Shown here: positions 56,711-64,000 of the stretch, in pieces
Numbering within the stretch: position 1 is the stretch's first letter
Layout: each line of letters begins with the position of its first letter
Assembly (NCBI GenBank): GCA_027923505.1
Contig: BROI01000001.1
Location: 2,666,001-2,730,000, forward strand
Length of the DNA: 64,000 nucleotides
Reading direction: 5' to 3'
Source: Mayamaea pseudoterrestris
Taxonomy: Eukaryota
Translations under genes and position numbers: made by a program
Notes under the pieces: model-generated
The model's database searches: none
What the model saw: only the letters and a program-made list of their open reading frames with translations
Told to the model about the DNA's origin: nothing

Positions 56711-58010
56711 CCTATGAGCGCCTGCATGGCCTAACCCTTGTCCCATATAATCATTTGGTGTGGTGTATTCCCTCCATGGCATCCAAGTAGCTCAGTGATG
56801 GCGAGAAGGAAAATGCTTCTGAGCGCCAGTTGAAGGGCCATCTGCCTTGAAGTTGCCACTGGCGCACCAATGGAGCATCCTATGAGCACCTGCATGGCCA
56901 AAACCTTGTCCCGTACGTTCATTTGGTGTGGTGAAACCCCTCCATGGCATCCAAGTAGCTCAGTGACGGCGATAAGGAAAATGCTTCTGAGCGCCACTTG
57001 ATGGGTCATCTGCCTAGAAGGCGCCACTGGTGCACCAATGGAGCATCCTATGAGCACCTGCATGGCCAAACCCTTGTCTTGTATGTTCATTTGGTGGGGT
57101 GAAACCCCTCCATGGCATTTAAGTAGCTCAGTTTTGGCGAGAAGGAAAAACCTTCTGAGCGCCAGATGAAGGGCCATCTGCCTAGAAGGTGCCACTGATT
57201 CACCAATGGAGCATCCTATGAGCACCTGCATGGCCAAACCTTTGTCCCATATGCTCATTTGGTGTGGTGAAACCCCTCTATGGCATCCAAGTAGCTCATT
57301 GACGGCAAGTAGGAAAATCCTTTTGAGTGCCAGTTGAAGGGCCATCTGCCTAGAAGGCACCACTTGACACGATAATATCAGACGAACCTTTATTCCAGCG
57401 ACTACAATGGACTCGGAGCGATCAACCTCTTCGTCCAGCGTAAAGCAAACAAACAAACTCAATTGCTAGAATAGTGCATGTTACTCGCTACTCTACTCGT
57501 GCGCTTCTTTCTCGTTCTCACTGGGTTCACGGTCGAGGTTCACGCCTCGATCGTCAGCGATTTCACTCATGTATGTGAGGATTCGGTCACAAGTGTGACT
57601 CAACCCTGCACAGGATTAAATGCATACAAAACACAGGTAGCTAACCGTCTTGTCATGAGACGCAGGTCAACTCAACTCAATAATATTGTGTCTGGTGCAC
57701 CAATGGAACATCCTATGAGCACCTGCATGGCCAAACCCTTGTCCCATATGTTCATTTGGCGTGGTGAAACCCCTCCATGGCATCCAAGTAGTTCAGTTTT
57801 GGCGAATAGGAAAATCCTTCTGAGCGCCACTTAAAGGGCCATCTGCCTAGAAGGTGCCACTGGTGCACCAATGGAGCATCCTATGAGCACCTGCATGGCC
57901 AAAACCTTGTCCCATACATTCATTTGGTGTGGTGAAACCCCTCCATGGCATCCAAGTAGCTCAGTGACGGCGAGAAGGAAAATGCTTCTGAGCGCCAGTT
58001 GAAGGGCCAT
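56711..58010. repeat. Satellite D, 168-bp unit, about 6 copies, interrupted by the 329-bp element
   Basis: CCTATGAGC anchors at 56711, 56879 and 57047; the array resumes in register after 57692. Confidence 0.93.
57365..57692 (-). mobile_element. 329-bp solo-LTR-like element, copy 2 (lacks the terminal A)
   Basis: No differences seen versus 26694-27021; same orientation, offset 30671 bp. Confidence 0.8.
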
Positions 58011-58154
58011 TGGGATGACGATAGCAATGATCGTTCAATCGTTCACCATTTGCCTTGCTTTTTAATCTTGATAGTATTATTTGTTAACTAAAGCTCTTCT
58101 ATCTATGCTTTGGTATCCAAGCTCGCAGTTTTTTTAATCAAATAATACATTATC

Positions 58155-58759
58155 ATGACCCATAGCATCACTTTTGGCAGCTGCTGGCTTACTGCCATTG
58201 CTTGCCCAGCAGTTTCCACCCAGAGATGTTCTGTTGAAAGGACGGACCAAACATGCATGGCTGAAGAAACTGGGATATCAAATACAAAACTGAAAGTGTA
58301 TCCAGAATGTGGTGTCTATGGCGCCAAGTACGCCAGGCAAAACCGCCAATATGGGCATCTATGCTGGTAGTGCCATCCAGCTTAAATGAGGCAACGAAAT
58401 AAATTTGCCCAAAATTGCCATTCCACTACTGTTTTGCTAATGGGGAAATCACAAGGATGGCTACGTGGATGGTGAAATTTGCGGCCAATATTGAAACTTA
58501 CAAAGACACAAATCGACTGAATCAAAGAGCTCTTTTCATTTCAGGCATTGGATATACAGTAAACTCTATTATGGACATGCGCAACATTGAGTCAACACAT
58601 GGGAGCCACTATGATACAGCTGGTTTGCATCGGAAGAGTGAACTTGGAGCGGGAGCGTCATGTCCGTACCATGCGTCGAATACAACGGCGCTGGAAGACA
58701 TTCCAGCTGGAGCTGAGCTATTCGCAACCGAGTTTACTGTTGGGCTTCTAAAGAAGTGA
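58155..58759 (+). pseudogene. Frameshifted, truncated remnant of a diatom SET-domain-like gene
   Basis: ECGVY / frameshift near 58320 / APSTPGKTANMGIYAG, then stops and shifts, then FISGIGYTVNS...YDTAGLHR...GAGASCPYH...ALEDIPAGAELF, the SET C-terminal AxxDIxxGxEL motif. Confidence 0.65.
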
Positions 58760-59573
58760 AACAAAGCCCTACAAGTATGTGGTGGAGATGGACGTGTGAA
58801 TCAACGACAGACAATACACCGTCGTAGTCAAAAATGTTCCGGAGGAAGGCATTCTCCTCTATGAAAAGGTGTTTGCCGCTGATTGGCATTTGCCAAACAG
58901 CTTTCGTATAATGATTTCTGACGAATTATTTCCCAAAATTTGGCAGAATGGACCATGGATGGAAGCGCGCCCTAGCGAGTGTCGATGAAGCAGATGATGT
59001 TTACGATCACGATGACAATTTCGACTAATGTTGTAATAGTTCTGCTCTGTACTCTTCTGTGGCAAAGGCTCTCCTTTTATCACTGTTTATCTGATCTGCT
59101 TCTGTTGCTTTTGGTTTACTCGGGCCAAAATTCGAAAATTTTCGTCGAGACACTCCTTAATAGAAGCATCAGTTGTATGCTTAATATTCTCTTCCAGATA
59201 GTACTGTAAGGCCCACCGCAGCATGAATGCGACATTATAGTTACTATCGGGGTTGTCTGAACGTAAGGAATACCCCAAGAATCGACAGAATGTGCACTTC
59301 AACTGAAAGGCCAATTCCACGGAAGGACCATCGCCCTTCACAGGCAAGTTGTTTTTTGGACTGCCTTCCACATTACCAATTACAAAGTCATCGTCATGAA
59401 CCACGTGTGTAACCTTCTCCTGCAGAAATTTGCGAACATCGTTGGCCAAAGACTCGAGCGATGGAATGGCACACTCGGGGAGGATAGTGTCAATGTCTTT
59501 ATAGACGAGGACTTGAAGAATATGAAACCTGCTATGCTGAATCAGTGCAAGTTAAAGAAGAAAGTTAGGGGCG

Positions 59574-59799
59574 TGTCAATACAAGCTCGCCAGGGTCTTG
59601 ACAGTAGACGCTCGCCAGGGAGTAGACGCTGGAGAGTCCTTTAGTTGTAGCAATAAGCTCACAATTTTAGATTTGAGTTGCTTTCAAACAAGTTGTCGTC
59701 GAGCGTAAGTGCGGGACTTTGATTCCAAGAGTCATAGGCTGCCGCCAGGGGACTAAACTAAAGTCCTCGGGTAGCTCGTCACCAGATAGACTTCTTTGA
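59574..59799 (+). repeat. Putative 5' LTR of element 2
   Basis: Lies immediately 5' of the PBS, starts TGTCAA and shares a 19/20-nt motif with the element 1 LTR; boundaries are uncertain. Confidence 0.55.
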
Positions 59800-59811
59800 G
59801 GTTATGAGCCC
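59800..59811 (+). other. Primer-binding site GGTTATGAGCCC (half-tRNA-iMet type)
   Basis: Complementary to GGGCUCAUAACC of the initiator tRNA-Met anticodon stem-loop, the priming mode known for Drosophila copia and yeast Ty5. Confidence 0.85.
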
Positions 59812-60306
59812 AAACAGCTATCGCGAACCTTGACAAAACCTGATTGTCAAGCTTAACAAGAGAAGATGCATTCCATACGAAGAAGCAACCGGGCGTAACA
59901 AGAACTTTCGCGAATTTTTGTCACCATCCGATCGTCTGGATTAAGCCCCTCGCCAAGGGTAATATGGCCCGTGTCAAGCGTCACTGATCCTGTACAGTCT
60001 AACAGACAGTACCAAGCAAGCAGTCGCGTCAACACTTTGATTACTGAGCGAGTCCCTTAAGTGGAAACTTTCGCCAAAAGTGTCAATGCCTCCCAATTAT
60101 TGCAAGTTGGTCATTTAAGAAGGCTGCCTAAAATAGGCTTAAATAAGAAATTTCGAGTATCCAACGGAAGAAAATTCCTGGCGTGCTCGCCCACGGTTTG
60201 TCGAGTTGCCACCATGAGGCAAACGAAACCAAAACAAGCAAGCAAACAGCAAGCGTTTTAACCAAGTTAACAAGCAGCAATCAACCACCCTACCGTTACC
60301 ATCAAG

Positions 60307-61950
60307 ATGTCCAAGTCCACCGAAGCGTTGGAGAGGGAGCTCAAGGAGCTAGCGAAGCTTGTAGCGCAGCTACAGAAGGAGAAGGAGACGGCGTCGAGCG
60401 AAACCAAAACCAAGGCGACCAAGGCGATTGAGGACGTCAAACCAAAGGCGCTCCCTTCAAGCCTCGCCGGTTTCATTGATGTTAGCGAGGATGAAGTCGT
60501 TAGCGATGCAACGGCGAAGATGAAGCGTTTCTATCAGGGCGTCGAAAACTTGAAGCGCCTCGACCCAGCTGACTCCATCAAACACCAGGAGAAGGCGAAG
60601 AAAGCTATCATTAACATCCGTCTCTCGAAGCCAGCCATCGAGCAGATCCATAACTTGACGGATTTGCAGCATATCCAAAAGTTCGAGACGATTAAGATGA
60701 CCATTGCGGGTGTTATTGAGGATTACGGATTCGCGCCGCCATTCATCATCGTCTTCTTGAAGGACGACGGCAAGCGCGACACCACTAAGGAACCGTTCTA
60801 TCTCCTTTCTGGCAAGTCCTTCCATAACATCACCTTGAAGCAAGTCCTCGACTCGACTAAGTGGTATCTCAAGCACAGCCATGACTCGGCTGTCGCTTGT
60901 CGTGTCTCCCATGAGATGCTTATCAACATCTGCTCCCCCGAGCTCGCGTCACTGCTCTTTGAAAAGCTCAAGTTCCATGCGGCAAAGGAGCTATCTGAGT
61001 TGTCCCTAGACCAAGTCGGCCCCGTTACCTACTGGTACTTGCACCGTCTGCTCACCGAGTGTGGCCCGAACGCCCAAATCACGGTGAATGCTAAGCTAAT
61101 GGCTCTTGGATTGACGGATTTTGAAGGCGAAAGCGTCGACTCATTGACCAATGCATTCGATGCTGGTGTGTCCTACATTGAAGGCAGCGGCAGTCAAGTT
61201 CCGAACAAGGCGACATTGTATTACAATGCTTTGCTTAAGTCATCGGTGCAGCCGTTTGTTGATGCAATGAAAATCCAGAACGAGATCCATAGCAGCAATA
61301 AGCAGAAGGAGGACGGCGCCTCAACGGCAATGACTTACCAGGAGCTCAAGCAGTTGGCCCGCAGCAAGGCGCAAGAGTTGGCGAAGGACTGGAATCTTAC
61401 TAGTCGCACTGGAGCTGCATTCCAAGCCAGTACACCTGGAGAGACGCAGTTTCGCCTCGGCAATAACCAAGGCCGAGGAGGCGGCAATGGAAACCGGAGC
61501 AATGCTAATAACCATCCTGCACCGGCAGAAGGCGGATCCGAGCGGCAGACCTTTGCCGGAACAGAGAAGCTTTACTGTCGACGATGCCGACGCTGGTTGC
61601 CTGTGTCCAGTAACAAGGCACATGTAACGGCCGATCACCGCAGCAATCCAAACAACGGTGGCGGCAATAGCAGCAACAATGGCAATGGCTCTGGTGGATC
61701 CAGTCGCGGCCGCTCCCAGTCGCGCGAGCGGAATAACAGCGGCAATGGCAATGGTGGCGGGGGCGGTAACAACAACGGAAACAGTAACGGCGGCAGAGGC
61801 AATGGAGGCAGAAGGCGCCGCAACAGGAACAATGGTGGGCGCGGTGGCCAGGGCGGCAATAATCAAAGCGCCCAGCAACCGACCCAGTCGACAACCACGT
61901 CGAGCGGTTACCTCTCTAGCTTCTCCATGAATCTGTTCCCCGAAATGTGA
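60307..61950 (+). CDS. Gag of element 2 (547 aa)
   Basis: N-terminal coiled coil, GPVTYW and LTDFEGESV blocks, atypical knuckle YCRRCRRW...HVTADH, and a Gly/Asn/Arg-rich tail. Confidence 0.85.
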   Translation: MSKSTEALERELKELAKLVAQLQKEKETASSETKTKATKAIEDVKPKALPSSLAGFIDVSEDEVVSDATAKMKRFYQGVENLKRLDPADSIKHQEKAKKAIINIRLSKPAIEQIHNLTDLQHIQKFETIKMTIAGVIEDYGFAPPFIIVFLKDDGKRDTTKEPFYLLSGKSFHNITLKQVLDSTKWYLKHSHDSAVACRVSHEMLINICSPELASLLFEKLKFHAAKELSELSLDQVGPVTYWYLHRLLTECGPNAQITVNAKLMALGLTDFEGESVDSLTNAFDAGVSYIEGSGSQVPNKATLYYNALLKSSVQPFVDAMKIQNEIHSSNKQKEDGASTAMTYQELKQLARSKAQELAKDWNLTSRTGAAFQASTPGETQFRLGNNQGRGGGNGNRSNANNHPAPAEGGSERQTFAGTEKLYCRRCRRWLPVSSNKAHVTADHRSNPNNGGGNSSNNGNGSGGSSRGRSQSRERNNSGNGNGGGGGNNNGNSNGGRGNGGRRRRNRNNGGRGGQGGNNQSAQQPTQSTTTSSGYLSSFSMNLFPEM

Positions 61951-64000
61951 AGGTGTTGGACGCTACTCATGTTCTTTATTATGGTATTGAATCTGAGTGC
62001 GTCGGGTTTAAGATTTGCAAGTCTCACAAGTGTTCCAGCTCCTTACCAGGCAGCAGGCCAAGCTTTCGAGGCAGTTCTTCTTGGAGCCGGTCGATTTATC
62101 CTTGCTTTGGCAGCTCTTCTGAGCCAGTCCCCATGGTTGCAGTGTTTCTATCAAGTTGTTGCATGCTTTACCCGCAATGGCTTGCTCCTGCTCCAGTGGA
62201 TTGCCAATTGGACGAGTTGGATGGCGTTCTACTTCATACGTCTCCTCGATTCAACGCAAGTGGAAACCGCGTTCCTCGGTGTCTTTTCCAAGCTCCAAGA
62301 ACCTTGTTACTATGTTCTCCAAGCACTGTGGTTCGTTCTCAAAATGAATCCGGTGTCCCAAATTCTAGGCAAGCTCCTCGAGTGGTTAGCTAAACCGTTC
62401 AGGATGCGAGCCGATGTGTCCCAGTGGACATCTCCACGCGTCTTTCCAAAGCGCTGGATGGTCCTCGATGCCGTCATGCTCTCTAATCATGCGGCCATGG
62501 AAGTGTCACAAGGATTGGTGCGCTACACACGATTCGTGCACCTATTCTGTCGATATCAAGTCCGTCTCCAAGTCATGGTCCCTCTTCGAGTCCTTCTAAG
62601 GCGCATACGCCGCAGGGAATGGAAGAAGGCGCAAGTTGCTATTCGAGAGGAAGCCAAGCTAGTCCGCCGAGCAGCTTTAACGCTAGCCAAGCAGATGCAT
62701 GCTCTCGAGTTGCAAGCCAAGGAATTTGACGGCTACACATGCTTTGATTGCCACCAAGATTTACCAAGTCTTTTGGAAGCGCAAGCGCAATGGTTAGCAA
62801 TGCTCCAAGCCAGTGCCAAGCAGTGTAAAGTCGAGCGGCAACAGAAGCAAGATGAGGAAGCTGCACTAGACCCTCTCCAAGTCTGTTTCTTTGTGCCTGC
62901 CGAGCAAGAGTCTCTACCCCAGGAAGCTTTCTTTGATGCTGTTGGCGATATAACAGACATTGAAGACGTCTTCTTCGAGGTTGAGCAAATTCCCAGTCCT
63001 GTACCCAGTGATGATCCGTCCCCGCTCGCGTCCCTGACCGAGTCCAAGACCAAGATCAAGACCAAGGCCCTGCTCGTGTCCCTGACCGAGTCCAAGACCG
63101 AGGCCCCGCTCGTGTCCCTGACCGAGTGCAAGACCAAGTCCCAGTCCAAGTCCTGTTACCAATGCCAGGCTCTTATGCCGGCGCCAAGCAAGCTTCTCGA
63201 GGAGGTTCTCCACGGCCATGAAGGCGCATCAACGATAGCTCAAGCTCTTCTCTCCACGGTTGATGAGTCCTTTAACTTGTCGCCGCCCTATCCAGGGAGC
63301 CTGTCGCCGCCTCTTCAATTGCGGTCATCAAGCTTGGGCAAGGAAGACTATAGCAATGCATTCAATGCTCACGTCTTTGACCCAGACTTTGTCATGGCGT
63401 TGCATTCGAGGCCAAGTGTTCAGGGCGGTCAGGAGGAGCTAATCTCCGTCGTCCTAGATACTGGTTGCTCCGTTGCTCTGACGTTTTGTGAGGATGATTT
63501 TGTTGAGTTGTCAAGGACCAAAGGCTTTATCAATACCGCTAATGGCAAGTCTGCTCTCACGGGGCACCGCAAAGTGCGTTGGATGTTTATCACGGAGCAA
63601 GGCGAGAATGTGGAGGTCATTGTACCAGCGCATTTGTGTCCTGCCTCCAACCAACGCCTGCTGTCGCCTCAAGGCTATGCTCTATACCACGGTTTAAGCC
63701 AAGATGAGATCCAATATGGCGGTTCACATTCATTCTTCTTCATGAACCTGAAGGACCAAGATGGCAAGTTTCACAAGTTCCGTTGTCCCATTCATCCGCG
63801 CTCGAACCTTCCACTAGCGGTTGCCCGCTCAAGCGAGTCCTGCACGTGTGCCGAAGCCAATTGCACAAGTTGCTCCAGCCATGGCTACATTACTGTGGCT
63901 GAGGAGACAAACCAGAATCTAACTGGCAGTCAACGTGAGCTCCTACTGTGGCATCAGCGTCTCGCGCACCGAGCAATGAACTATGTTCAAGACTTGTTTA
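61951..64000 (+). CDS. Pol of element 2, partial; same frame as gag, open to the window end
   Basis: Manual codon-by-codon reading finds no stop from 61951 to 64000; first ATG at 61969. Protease VVLDTGCS (D at 63457), RLLSPQ, SNLP, and pre-integrase NQNLTGSQRELLLWHQRLAH. Missing from the ORF track because it has no stop. Confidence 0.9.

Larger units (their letters stand above)
59574..64000 (+). mobile_element. Second Ty1/copia LTR retrotransposon (different CoDi lineage), 5' part; runs off the window
   Basis: Putative LTR, PBS, gag, protease DTG and pre-integrase WHQRLAH occur in order. The LTR start is inferred (TG at 59574) because the second LTR is outside the window. Confidence 0.9.

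Noticed and set aside
56731..57462. 243-aa ORF with 56-aa repeats
   Set aside because: The 168-bp satellite unit is divisible by 3, the ORF starts inside the inserted element, and other units contain stops.
59555..59573. Purine-rich AAGAAGAAAGTTAGGGGCG before the element 2 LTR as the PPT of an upstream tandem element
   Set aside because: No RT/RNase H coding sequence is recognisable upstream; it may be chance, and the LTR start itself is uncertain.

Overview
Eukaryotic nuclear DNA from a diatom, judged from the 18S signature and diatom-type CoDi retrotransposons; the species cannot be assigned by eye. The window has three zones. (1) 1-18.1 kb is a compact gene-rich arm: 5' end of a DBP2/DDX5 helicase, a neurochondrin-like protein, an O-fucosyltransferase+GT8-like fusion, dolichol kinase, an MFS transporter, a La-motif/PAM2 protein, an Oxa1/Cox18 insertase and a two-exon PrsW-like protease. 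(2) 20-34 kb holds a young, intact Ty1/copia (CoDi-type) element with a chromodomain-like module, a 329-bp solo-LTR-like element, and one complete 18S-5.8S-28S rDNA unit on the minus strand. (3) 34.4-64 kb is heterochromatin-like. It carries four nucleosome-sized tandem-repeat families (about 178, 172+180, 169 and 168 bp), at least three apparently descended from the rDNA spacer repeat, and a polarity switch of the 169-bp satellite around a (GCGTGAAT)n tract. It ends with a SET-like pseudogene and a second copia element whose gag and pol are in the same frame, separated by one UGA. Most notable: retroelement scraps (an RT fragment, a gag fragment, TSD-less LTR copies) sit at or inside satellite junctions; two identical 329-bp direct repeats bracket the 30.7-kb rDNA/satellite block; both satellite arms break at the same monomer site; and the second element is a gag-UGA-pol readthrough candidate with about 500 extra codons before the protease. 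The rDNA and first spacer array look under-polished, so fine details there may be sequencing error. All calls were made by eye, without database searches.
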